A DNA stretch of 64,000 nucleotides from positions 124,001 through 188,000 of the forward strand of contig NW_002060973.1 of NCBI RefSeq assembly GCF_000150275.1, in the 5' to 3' direction. This DNA comes from Trichoplax adhaerens. Its lineage: Eukaryota; Animalia; Placozoa. A program made the position numbers and the translations under genes. Positions 13,301 through 27,300 of the stretch are shown one piece after another; the first letter of the stretch is position 1; every line of letters begins with the position of its first letter. Below the pieces are notes generated by a model. It did no database searches. It saw only the letters and a list, made by a program, of their open reading frames with translations, and was not told the DNA's origin.

Positions 13301-16300
13301 CACTATCTATTGCTATATTAAGCCAACATGATATCATTTGATAAATCTACTAAGAACTGCAAAGCTAAATTATAGTACGGTAGCTATCGATTGTACAATT
13401 TTCTCTGCAAATCTTTAAAGGTAGAGTTAGGATAAGATCTTTGAGCCCAGTTATTTTGGTATTTTTTTATTATGTTGGTGTAATTATTTACTCTTATGTT
13501 TGGTTGTTATTCATTGCAATCTAGATCTATCTTGGTTATTTATGTTAATCTTCATCTTAGTAAATATATTTACATAAAAAGCCTTCAATTCACAGGTATT
13601 TACCGGAGATACTCATTTTTTGGACTGAAGCTTCATTATAACCACTTATTGTGTTATTGACATTTTACGTTGTTAAAGATCTTCATACATGATAGAGTAA
13701 TTCTATTAGATTCGGTATTAGACACACTTCCGTAAAGAATTATCTACTATCATGACATCATCCATCAAGCATGGTCATAAATAATCAATTTCTACAAAGA
13801 ATCAACAAGCTACACGTGATTTATATTCTATAAATAAACGGAAAAAATAAACGGCAATATTGTTACCGTCGGTATTCCGATCAGATGGCGTACGAAATAA
13901 AAGAAATTTTTGCGTTTAAACTACGAGTATTAGGCTGAAGCAAAGTATTACGGTATATTAATAATATCGTTTACCTAGAAAATCACATTAGCAGCTACAG
14001 AATAATCTTCAACAGATGTTATGATGTAACAATACTTTAAAGATTTAAGAATTCTTAAATATTTGTCTATTTATTATGAAAGTTAAATCATCTCATCTAC
14101 AAAAATAAAAAAAATCAAAGGCTAGTACAATTCTAATCACTCTTGAAAACGACGTAAAAATGGATATTAAAAAGTGATAGTCAAAATTCTATGTGATTTC
14201 TATTGTTTAATGAAAAATATTTAAAAACTACTGTTATATTTTTCCTAACCTTATTTTACCCTGTTATTATTTCAGTGATATGACGGTGTTCAACTTGCAT
14301 CCAGAAATGCGATTTCTGAATAATGAATCTTCTAGTGTTGGTATTTTAATACTCAAACATCGAATCTATTTCGTTTGCTATCGCATGTTATTTGGGCAAC
14401 GAATATTATAGCTTTACCTACTGATCCAACACGTTAAGATACAATTGCATTCTATTTACTACAGAATTATGCAAACGAATCTAAGATCAGTATTTTTCTA
14501 TCTGAAAATTTGAAGGATTGAGTACGGTAGCGGTTATAAATGGATAGGGTATTGTTCACCTTGAATTAGATTCCAGTTGATATTACTCGTATGTTAGGAT
14601 ACAATTTGAGATAGTTTCAGTCTCTACGCTTTATTTGAAGTTTTTGTGATATTCATGTTGGAGATATTGAGAACTTCTACAAGTAGTCTACAGCCAGATG
14701 TCATTTAGTACAGTAACTGATTGTCTAAACGGTGATGACGTTATGCATTTTATTGAGCGTTCTTGTAGGGGATTAATGAACTGATACGTGTATTCTATAG
14801 CAATTACACTACATTGCCATCTCGGTAAAGAATAGAAATATGTTGAGGTGGACTTTCAACTAAAATGGCACGATCAAACAGTATATCAAGGTTTATGCAA
14901 GAATTTTGCGTGCAATTTTCTACCGCATTGAATAAGCATGCTATTTTATCAACCCTGCCACCGTAATATCGAGACAGCAACGAAAGAATTCGCTAAAATA
15001 CCACAATTAGTTAACGTTAACGTCAAAGAATGAGAAATAGTTTTGGATTAAAGAAAAGGTACATGAAGCATGATTAGAGAACATCGCGGGCAGTGTAATA
15101 TGCGTGTATATATACTGTACGCTTATAACTCTATCTTAACAAAACAATATTCGATGTTATTGATAAGTCAATTCCCATCCTATTTATATGTACACCTGTT
15201 CACTTCTTTTGTAACAAGATACAATACAATATTACAATGCAAACATTCCGAAATTTAACATAATGAAAACTTAATCTCTAATTACAGTTATATTAACAAA
15301 TCGCGTTCAGGTCGATATCTTTAATGCCAGCAAGATTGAATTACGCAAAGGTGACAATGTTATTGGAAATCAACATGCCGCCTTCTTCTTTCTTGCCAAA
15401 AATGATTATTCAGGATAAACTCGGGCTATTTTATCGATGGTACTTGAATTTGGACATGATCATTGTTCATATGATATTATTTGACTATTGTAACGGTTAC
15501 TATGAAATCTAATAATTACCAATTTGATTTCGATTTATGACCATAGCCAAATATATCTTACTTCTATTGACAAAATACTATTCTGAAGTTGTTGAGTAAA
15601 TACTGTAGGCGAAAAGTGGGGCACTATTTTTAGTTTCTCTACACTAGATCCATGCTAATATAATAAAAATATAATTATTTTTATGATTAGTTCCCATCAA
15701 GGTCTGATTTTTTTGATATATCTTATCCATTCTATGGAAAAACTTGGCCTCCTATTAATCTCTTTAGATTATGTAGTGTATTAACTCTATATAAATACTG
15801 CTACTGATTTACGTCATGGCAGCGAATTGTGCTAATGAGAATAGGCAGAAACTACTCCAATAGATTCATTATTAGTAACATCGAAACTGGCTGTGATATG
15901 GTTAAAAATGGTCTTTACCATGTGTAAGATTAACCCAATTTAGATACTGAAATGTAAATTTATTTTATTCGGTAAATATTTTGGTAAGAAAAGAGCGTTA
16001 TTTCAGAGTTATTATAGACGGTATCCAATCCAACCGATCGATAGCTCATGTAGTGGCCGCAACCTTTGTCAGCGCGATACAGCTGACCGATCTAAAAAAT
16101 TTCGTCCTTCATTTACTTTCATTCTTTTCAATCACACCCGTTAGTAATAATATTATAGAGATGAATGTATGGTAAGGTATATTAAATCAATAATCAAACT
16201 TATGGTCAATAGAATAAAAATGATCGGACAATAAGACAAAGTGAAGTAAAAATGAATTATGGCCAGGAAAGGACTTTACTAATACTACAATGATCAGTTG

Positions 16301-17589
16301 AAATTATTATCTTCCGTTTTGATGATCTAATATTTGTTATTATTATCTATACGCCAGCTGCTATAGATGATAACAGTTATTAGATTTTCTTACTTTTTAT
16401 TGTCGCCGTGACAATACAGAATACATTACTTCTCTCTTCCTCTCATTCTCTACAACTGTCATGTATTATTACAGTTGTATTGTTTCTTGAATATAGAATG
16501 AAAGGGAAGTTAAAAAATTTCTTCATTTGCCTACTTAGTCCGTTAATCAATCAATAAATGTAAATATACCTAACCAATAAAATGATTTTTTATTTTGCAT
16601 CCCTATGTCTTGATTTGATGATTACAATTTGAGTGATGAGTCCGTTGGAAATGATCAATATGATACCAGCGGATTCCTTACAATACAGTACAGTAGTTGA
16701 TTTTTCCTTTTTTTATTTCTATAATCTTGTACACATTCGTTTCTACGATAGAACGTATGAGCGAATTGGCTTTGGAGGTATTTTATAGATGCTGTATGCG
16801 TGGGTAGAAGATCTGCTGTCCAATGTCATATGCTATTTGGAATATCATTCTTTAATTTAGTGCTTTCACTTTCAATGCATTAAAAGTAACGTTTGGATAG
16901 TTTTAATAAGCAGAATGAGTATAGTCAATCAAATGAATCAATCATCAAGGGAATAGCACGGTCAAAGTTAATTAGTGCATTGTCGGTATAGACCATTCTA
17001 TATAAGTACAGTATAGGAGAATGGATTGCTTTGTACAAGCTACTAGGCCAGTATTGATCGTTGAAAATCGTTTTGTATGCCTAACTATGGCCTAGCTAGG
17101 TTTAGTATGTACTGTAATGGTTTTGTTTTTCTACCGTTTGAACGAAGCATCTCTGTGATGATGGCTTAGTTCCGTTGGCCTCCATCTACAGTGATACACC
17201 AACGTCAATACTGCATGATGACAATGATGAAGGCCAAGGAATGACATATTCAATCAATTTTTAGTCTTATTTCAATAGGTCATGAATGATTGATTCACTC
17301 TTCCTTTATCCCATTGAATTGAAGGTGAAATGTTCACTTCGTAAGTGATGCAAATCTGGATGTATGCTGTAATACTACAATATTGGCATCAACAACGTTG
17401 AAATATTGTCGTTGAGCGCAATAGTATTTGAAATGACAGTGGTATACACATGATTATTTATCGCTTCACGGCCTCAAAGGGAATAAAATGACTGGTGAAA
17501 GTCCATCATTCGATTCCTTTCCTTTCCCGTCTTCACCTTGCTCTATTTAGGCTCTTTGACTTCCACACGTTAGTGCCCAATGCAAGTAT

Positions 17590-18928
17590 CGCATCCTGTA
17601 CAGTACAGTACGTCGCCCAATACACGTACAGTACACAAAGTACAGTGCAATCCACTCAATCTACGAGTGAAAAGTGCCTTCTCATCCTTTGGTGAGAAGA
17701 AGGCTATGATAACATAAATAATGGAGTCATCATCGCCGTTGGATCATGCGATGATGCTTGATTTCCAATGTTATTGACATTTTGAACGACTTGTTTAGCA
17801 TTGGCTTGGAACTTGGAGTAATGACAATAGTTGATGGCCCAATCGATCGGACCATCAAGAAAGAAAGAAGCCACTCTGTTTCTGTTTTGAGGCCATTTGT
17901 ATGGTTTACAGCGAATGCACAATAGCGGCTGGTAGGAGCGCTTTACTGCTGCTGTCTAGCACAAGATGGTCCACCACTGGACAAAAAAAGAGACATGATG
18001 AATTGTTGTATTTTCATCTGTATTGTACTCTGTCCGTACTCAACACTTGGGCCGTCCAATCGATATCCACGCACACGGGTTGCGTAGTAGGATGCTATGT
18101 TGTCTAATGAAGTAGCGCTAGTAGCCTTAAGCAAATAAGACCATTTGTCAAATTGTCCCACTCCGTTGTTGTTGTTGGTTTTTGAAAGAAGAAATGGTTG
18201 ATTTTTTTTTGCGCACGCGTAATGACTTTCATTATTTGCCGCGCTATCTATTCAAGCCGACCGTCGATGCCAACTGCTACGACACGCGTAGTCGAAGCGT
18301 CTAGTGCCAGTATAAGGTAACATCGCTACTCAGTGACTTTATAGTGTACAGTAGATCTGGCACAGTCCACCGCTCGCGATCGATTGGATCCGTTTGCAAA
18401 GCTATTGATGAAGCCATCTTTCGGTTCTTGCTTGTCTTTTTGAATTATTTTTTTTTGCCTGGGCGAATTATTTGATTTTACATCTTTGTCATCCACCCCA
18501 TTGGCTATAGTTTTAAACGAGTCGATCTTGTTTGGGAGCTTTTGTTCCTTGATTGACTACCGTAGTGGCAAGAAAAAATTCCTTCACCTTGATTGCCTTG
18601 TAGGCATAGTTTGGATCACGTTTTATCCAGTTGAGTGGACGCTTTTCGAGTCCACTCATTGATCATCATCATCAAGTGAAAATCTCCTTCATTACTCTAG
18701 TCATTGAATCTCTTTTGGCAAGAATTATTTCAACACCCAGCTGTGGAGAGCTTTTTGGTCAGTAGAATTCTTCTTGGTCTTGTATTGCCTTGGCTTGCTT
18801 GATCACAATTGTGTGTCCTGCGATCGCTTCCAAATTCACATCCATCGACGGCTAATTGTTCTCCATTGGTATTGATCGATCATCCAAGTCATTCAGCCAG
18901 TACAAGTCGATTCAACTTGTTGTAAAGG
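17590..18928 (+). promoter_or_regulatory. Putative PCBP promoter and non-coding first exon (ending at the donor at 18929)
   Basis: Locally GC/CpG-richer island, TACAGT cluster at 17596-17648, TATAAG at 18311 and a strong donor G|GTAAGT at 18929. The acceptor before the ATG exon is at 24352-24353 and is followed by an in-frame stop upstream of the ATG. Confidence 0.5.
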
Positions 18929-21900
18929 GTAAGTATGGCAATGCAATTGGACTAGTGCTTGATCATGTCTAAATTATGTAGAAAAAAAGGAGGAAATAGA
19001 GTATCTGTAGTGACAACAACGTTACAAGCCAACAGTGGTTGGCACGTCTTGCCGTCATGCAATGAATTTCTGCGCTTGCATATCAACTTCTTTATTTTAA
19101 TGAAAACACCACACTGGTCTCCATAGTAAACACAACAGTAGACAGACTCTATAGCAGATTGAATAGACTCTTTCGTCGATCATCCGCTATTTTATGCAAC
19201 TCGCTGATTGTGCTAACTGCTTGTAGCGCTAGCGCTTTATCCATATCACTAAAATAATACTGCCGATGCAAATATCGGTGATATTGAGCGTCGATTACCA
19301 AGCAGGCAATGGACGACCATCAATGGTTCGTCAATGAGAGAGCCGTTTCTTCATCGACAGTCACCACGCTATTGTGTCTCGATAGCCAGTTGAAATGCTA
19401 ACATTTGCAAAAGAGGAAAGGGTAGCGATAGAGTCTGTAATAGGTTATGTTTTTTTCGCTCATTCATTTTCTTTTCTTGGATTGGATATTATCCATAGTT
19501 GATTATTATGATAAGTCGGTAAATGGTGATGGACATTTGCCAATGTGTAGGGTAATAATCCATACAACGTTGTTTTCTTTTCTGATTATTCGTCAAAATT
19601 TATCTTGATTAGTAAACGAATGATTGCATGTGAGGGAAATAATTTCGTTAAACTTCTATTGTACATGTTGATTGAGGGTACTTTCTCTTCAGGTTATTAA
19701 ATTTAAACTAACACGTTTTAGTCACTCAGAATTGAATAATGATATTAAAAAATGAAGAAGCTTAAGACTTGTCCTCTATTTGTTGATTGACAATGATATC
19801 GACTGCAGAGCACAAGCAAACATAGCCGGCTTGATGCCACTTTATAAACTGCAGTACTTGTACCGTGCTTTCTGCACGATTTTATAGTTGTGACAGAGTA
19901 CGATCCCACCCGTAGTAATCGTTGGAGCTTAAAGCACTCATGAAACGAGTCCACTCACTCATCAGTCCTCTTTCATGTTGCCTTTTGGCATTATCCAGGT
20001 ATCGGTAGTCATTAGCTATCAACATCAAGCGATGATGAAAGCATAACTAACTGCATTATAACATGTGGCTTTTGGATGAGAGATACAGTATCCTATCCCT
20101 ACTCAACACCAGTCCATTTCTATTTTCTATTGACGACGCCATCATCCTTGTCCCTTTTATTACGCTACGTTTGCTTTGAGATAATTCGATAATATTTATA
20201 TAGAACCTGATTATAGGTTTGTTGGGTACACATCTATTGTTATGCAAGACGGCGCTGAGCAGTATACGTACCTTGCTGCACAATGCCATTTTGTCGCTTT
20301 TGGGTTATTCCGGAGTGATTTTCTCCTACAATAGACTGATTATGCTGTGGCCTTCCAGCGCGCTATCCTATGCTTAACGTACATCGTTTCAAACAGCGCA
20401 AACAGTCGGCGTGAATAGACAAATGGAATGTTGTACTACGCCGCTGAGATGATGGTATCGATTCATCAAACAACACGGTATTGCATTCATTTCCTCTATT
20501 AAAATGGATCGATATTTGCCGCCGGGATGTTGTGATGTTGGTGTGATCATCATGTTGGCGATGGGATAGTCTATTCCTGACAGTCACTACTTGTAGTAGC
20601 CGTGCTTAAGAAGGTGATTGAAAAAAAGGATACGAGACAGAGTCATTTAGTGATGAGAGAATGATCGTATCAATCGGATCAACGTAACTCGGTGTCTTCC
20701 AAATTGATGTTTGTAGGATAAATACATATTGAAATTTCTATTTTTGATTTGCCGCTGTATACGAGGGTTAAGCCATGCTGTGACAACTCGCAGAGTTCGC
20801 TGAAGTTCACTAAAAAATGACAGTAATCGCCTTTCAATATCATCTAACCTACTGTCGATAAAAGGACATCCAATACGCAATGGATCTTCACTTGGAATCG
20901 TAATAGGCAAAGTTAGTCTTAGCCTTTTAGTATTGTTCAATTCTATATTGTAAACTGTACTACACTGTGCTGACGGATATTGAATGATGCCGTGGATTTT
21001 CAACTAGAACTAAAAAAAGAAAATCGATTTATGATATCTGGTGTAATATCTACTTTGACTTGATTCACTGACAGTTTATGTTGGCTTTCTAGGGGGCAAA
21101 AATAAAAATCAATCGTTAACGTCATGACGCTACTGAAGAATGATTCTTAAAGTTATCTATTAAGAATGGTATTTTTAGCCATTTTAAATGTCTTTTCAAA
21201 GGAGAGTTGTTGCGATAGCAGTTTAATGTGCATACAGGACGTTATTCTATCGATTCAAATACAACGAAGTCCATTACAACTACTATAGCTTATAAATCAT
21301 CCACTACAACAATGGGTTCGAGTGCAATCACAAATCGTGCCTTTTTTTTGCGGGCACAAAAGGCTCTCAAGAGAACTTCTACTCTTAGTATTGGCCGCCA
21401 CACAGTAGGCTAATATGCATGTCTTATAACTTGTATGATATTAGTATAGTGTGATACATTCAAGACACCCCCAAGTCTCGACAACAGCCATTACTTGACG
21501 AAGTATCTAGTCATAAAAGTAATATTACTTTTAAAATAAATACGTCGTATGCTGCAAGTTCGTATACTGTTATATTGTGATAGGATGAATTGTCCAAGGG
21601 GACGATGTATCTGACAAATAATGAAGCACTACTTTGGCTGCCTATTTGCAAGCTACAAGCAATTACACAAGACGCGTATAGGCGTACTTGCATTTCCAGC
21701 CATTTAGGCTACATTCTCGTATGTTGAATTCAAAAATTGATGGGGAAAGGCATACACTGTGATACAATCCATATGCTACTGCATATACTGTACAGTCTGA
21801 TGTTTCGATTGTAGTCGAGGATGATTGGACGAATAAGTGCTATTAAAGATGCCTGGGTTTTATTACGCTATCCCTTTTCCGTAGGGATATGTAAATGTGA

Positions 21901-24395
21901 TTTTAGTTTCAATCCTATCGGGGACATCGTACGGTAATGCCGAAAATAGTTCTGAACGATCCATTTTACGCAGTTTATTTATGCTATCGTGTACTTATTA
22001 TTAACACGTGAGAAAGCGCAAGTGTTTCGTCATCATTGATACTGCGGCGATAGTATCGGAGTAAAGAAAGCTAGAGAAGCATTGTAAATTGATTAAGAGT
22101 TTCTATCGATTTTCTACTTTTCATTGTCATGCGGCGAAATGAGATTTAAGTTATGGGGTATCTTCAAATACCGTATTGTTTAATCACTAGTTTTCCTAAC
22201 GCGAAGTTTGAGTATGGGTGCTTGTAATAAAGGCTATTTAACAGTTGAACGTAAATAATTAATGTAAATCATCTGAGAGAGCAGTGAAATAGGTTGCAGT
22301 TTATAAATAAGTTGAATCACAAGTTAAATGATGTAAGCACATTCTGCAGTATTGAGGAATCTCTTTATACATGTATGTTCTTTTTACCTAGCATACGCGT
22401 ATATGGCTAGTTCTAGAATTTCTTTACTGGACTGAAGTGAGTCCATGACATGGAAGAATATCTTTTCTATGCCTTGTGCGTCTTGAATTCTTCGTCATCG
22501 ATACGCGTAGCTTATAGAACAGACTGTACAATATGAACGGTAGTAGCGAGAGTTATAGTGTCCTGTAAATCGACATGCTCGTCCAGTAGACATTATTAGT
22601 TGTAAACCGACGAGTTCCCTTTTTCATCACATGAACGCAACTCTGGTGGTTGTCGGCATCAATGGTATACTATTGAATAATATAATTAGCAGAATGTAGT
22701 CTAAATTATTAAATACAGTCAAATGAAGCTTTTAGGTTGAATAGCATTGTCATTTGCTGATTCTTCTGTGTAGCTGTGCTCCTGAGCCTGGTTAGCTTAA
22801 TTAACATAAGTAAAGTACTGTGCTAGTATATGCCGCCAATTGTTATTTAGTAATCATAGCAGTGTTAAACTCGCAGAATACTGCCTTTCAGACCTTAGGA
22901 TACTGTAGATCATGACTAATATCCAGTTTCTGACTGGTGCTTTCGACTTACTACGCCGAGGTAAATTACTATTCAAAAAGCTATCTTATAATATTTTTCC
23001 ATTATCTATTAGCGACAGCATAACTTACAGTTAGTACTTAATAACTGGCGATTACGGTAATATAGTTAGGGAGATTTAGACGTTAAGTCAAATACGAATA
23101 GGCATATATAGCCCCTTGCGTATCCGTCGACGTATTTCAATTTAAGAAAACAAAATAGGATACAGGTAATAGTAACTGACCACACAGTGAGTTCAAATGG
23201 TTTATTGAGCGACGCAACAATCTCGGCAACTATTTTAAAGATAGAAAACCTCTAGCGTACAATAGTGCACGAGAGAGTGAATTCCGCCACATATTAATGC
23301 CATGCCATACATGTTTTACTTCATTCGATATTATTTCCCGAATTGTAGTAGAAGAAATGTGATACTTAACTGTAGCTTCCATGGATAACTAACTTTGGAG
23401 CCCAAAAATTGAGATTTTTTAATTTCTTAGCAGTACATAAAGCTACTACAGTATGGCCGTAAATTTACTGGAAAGAAATTTAATTATACTTTATAATGGT
23501 CCGGTTGTCCTAACTGTAGGTTGGTGAAGAGTCATAATTTTACGGTGAAGCCGATAGTTATCAAAGTGACCTTTACAACATTCTCAAATCAATTTTATAT
23601 AGCATATTTATAAATGCCTAGGGCATCTTCTCGGTTATTGAACAACGATACTCAACGTATAGACTAAGAATAGTAGGGCTTCTCGATATTGCCACGTTAT
23701 ATTCTATTTCCTTTACATACAGTAGGTTATATTGAGTGCTTTAATGGCCTGTTAAATTAAAACTGTATTTGCTTAATATCGCTGATGAAAAACAAATGAT
23801 GCATCATAATGAATTTTGCCAATGCGTAAAGTATTGATAATTAAGATCCGTCATCCCATCATAGAGAAGCCCCTGCTGTGTAACAGCGGACGTATTCTAA
23901 TGTTAACGCCAATGATTGCAACAAATTCGAATTTTATGTACAAATAGAAAATGAAAAGTAAACGTAAATGGATAAATTATATTCCTTATAACTTATTTCA
24001 ATAAGTGCGAACCCATTAATCATAATAGCAGGGAGAGTCCTTGAAATGACCGTCCATATTCAGTACTATCATGACTTAACAGGTATAGATAGAGTAGATT
24101 TACAGCGTAAATGTATGAAACATTTAAAATACAGTTTACTGGATATGTCCAAAATGATTATCAGAACAATGATGGTTCTGTTAAACAAAGCAGACCATCC
24201 CCACAGATCGAACTTTATATTTGTTATAGTGTTGTATTGGTTTACAAGTTCTATTGGATGATACATATTCATGCTTTAACAAATGATTTGGTATATTTTA
24301 CTGGTGTGTACATTTGAATGATCTGATATCCAATATTATATCATTCTACGCAGAAACAAAACATATATTGAGAAAATAATACAATCAAGAGTGAA

Positions 24396-27300
24396 ATGCC
24401 TAAAAAGGAAGGGAGCAAGAAGTCCAATGGAACGGATTCACCTGTCACAGCTACTGCTAACGTAAAGATCCGCTTGTTGATGGCTAGCAAGGTAAGAATA
24501 TTATAGACTAGGACTAGATTAGTTTTTATTTCCTCTCTGTCACATTTCAGCAAGGCGATTTAAGATCGCATATTAATGGTGTACCTAAGCTCCAGAATTG
24601 AGCATTTCACTTATTTGAATGTTGTTTGTCAGCAACAATTTTTTGCTTCTTCTGGCCACTGTGTTAATTATGATATTATTAGTGTTATTTATCGTATGGG
24701 TTGAGAAAATTGCACGTTAGTCTACATTTATTACTGTATTTTGACAATTCTTATTATGAGGCATCTTTCACTTTGAAATAAATTATCAATAGCCAGGGAC
24801 TACTAGATAATCAACCTTTCAATTTAGTACATGCTGCTGTGCATCGAAATGTAAACTCTCGGAATATCGATATAGTATTTTGTTTGTAGTATCTTTTACA
24901 TGTACACTTCGAATGCCTATATTATCAATCTAAAATTGTTACTGCTATCGAAAGCAGCTGGAGATGATAGTTAATGAGACCGACCGAGGTGTTACGTAAT
25001 AGGAAGTCATCTACCACTGCGAGAAAGCTGTAATAACTTTGCCATTGCCTTAAGCTACGTTGTCATCCGATCGTGACCGCTATTAGTTTAAAGAACATCG
25101 TAAATGACTTTATTGTAATATATGTACATGAAGGCGTAGCGAACAGTAAGATTACGATTGAAGGACTCTTATTTAATTTTGCATTCGGTTAAATCATTAA
25201 ATTGAATTTATCAATCAAACTATTTGAGTTATCTTTACAGTAATGGCTGTAGCCAATGTATTTGCTACTGCTACTCCCTATGACATAGGTAGTAACTTAA
25301 ACAGAGAATGGATAGTGATACTATGCATCTATTCAGGCTTTGTTAATGCAATTGAACCAAAATGCTGATATGATATATTACGTCCTGAAGGAGGAAGGCT
25401 GTAGGATAAATTACTGATGACGATGTAATTAATTAATCCGATCACAAATTTCATAAGTATGATGTTGTATCGCTGATATACTTTTATGTATTAGTTGGAT
25501 GATGCATTTCTAATAACTGTAGTATTGAATATTCCATCTGCTTCTGTGATTCAAATAGTGATTGCCTGGTGTCCTACTCTAAGTAATAATAATATACAGT
25601 AGATGATAGGATTAATGCAATGTATTTTTATCTACAGCAAGTGATATTCCTACTGTATGTGTGGTACATTAATGTGCAACGGACAAAGTACCTTTAGATT
25701 AATTGATGCAAACGGATTGCGAAAGTAGTAATTTACAAGTTTTAGACGAGAGCGGTATCTCTTGTATTTTACGTACAGCTGGAAGACAACCCTAATTTAA
25801 TTAAATAAAGCATATCTAACTTACTAATTTACCGTTGTATGACACTGTATCGCTTTTCTAGTTTGTAATGTCATTAGAGGTATTTACGGAATCTACGTCA
25901 TTTACAAGTAATGCTTTACGCATTGTACATTCGACATATTAAATTAACAGCAAGCAAAATCGCATTAATTAAATACAACAGGTTCCGCTTGTAGCTACTA
26001 TCTTGATTATTATAGCATCATCTAAGGATATTGATGGTCTATTACATTAAGATTTTCTTCATCAAGTCGTTTGAAGCCATGCTTTAATACAAAATTCGCC
26101 ATAGGTTTTATACTAAATGCTCCATCATTGAGAAAACCGTTGAAATAGTTAGTAACGCTTCCATTTAGCTAGTATTTTACCCTTTCAAGTAAATGTAGGA
26201 TGTGCTACTAGATTTGATTATAGTACCTATAAATATCCTTGTGATACGATACTGTCTAATTCTATAGTGTATCACACGCTTTTGATAGAAACAGTACAGG
26301 TAACACATGCTTCATTGACAAAGGATTAGTTGAACAGAAGGTAAATCAGAACCATAAACTACAGAAATCTTGTTTAAGTATTTATGAACAACTCTTGTAG
26401 TTTTGCTTACATTACATAGCGTTTTTATCCCTAGTACTGTGTTGATTGTATGTGACAGTTTTAATATACAAACTGTTAGCTGTCAAGGGGTTGAACGTTC
26501 TGTATCATCAGAAACAAAAGGACTTTCTGTGGGACATTGCACAATCAGCAGTGTCACTGTACTGTGTAGTATACTAATCAGTTTGATAGAGTCCAATACA
26601 AGACTACAGCACACTATTGCATAATATGGACATGCAATGAGGCCATGAACATTGTATTGTAGACTAGTAAGTAAGTAAAAAGTAAAAAAAAAACGCTTTT
26701 AAAAGCAGACCATGGGGAGACTCATACAGTACTACAGTGTGCTATCCGGTGAGTCCAGTATACTATATACTACTTTATATTCTATTTGCTTCACTGCGTG
26801 ATCAGTAGTGTTTGCATAAGAATGTTTTGTTCAACTTGTCAAGTAATTTTATTAGAATGCTAATTATGGTTGCATTATTGTTGAATATTGAGCCAACAAA
26901 TCAATATTACCTTTGTTTCCCACGATGAATAGTTGGCAGTCTGTTTCTATGACATCGACGTACTGTGTATAGTAGTGTACAAAAGGATGTTGCTACGCTT
27001 TGAGTCTTAGTTTCGTAATCCATACTGTTGTATATACTGTATTACTCGAGCAAAACACTAACCTACCGTGTACCCTTGTACGGGTGCAATCTCAGGGCAA
27101 GTTACATGGTAGGAAAATGGATTGTATATCATAACTTTTATTCGCTTACAGTGTTCTGGGTCGCGGTGAAAGGGCGTAGATTTGACATAGTTAATCATTT
27201 AAACCTTTAAATGAAATCATTACTAACCATGACGCATTCTTTATTGCTTACAGGAAGCTGGACGCATAATAGGAAAGGTAAATTGATATGGTCATAAATA

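Noticed and set aside
17495-21693. Many 60-118 aa ORFs on both strands
   Set aside because: No homology signals; they lie in the GC-richer PCBP promoter, UTR and intron, where chance ORFs are longer.
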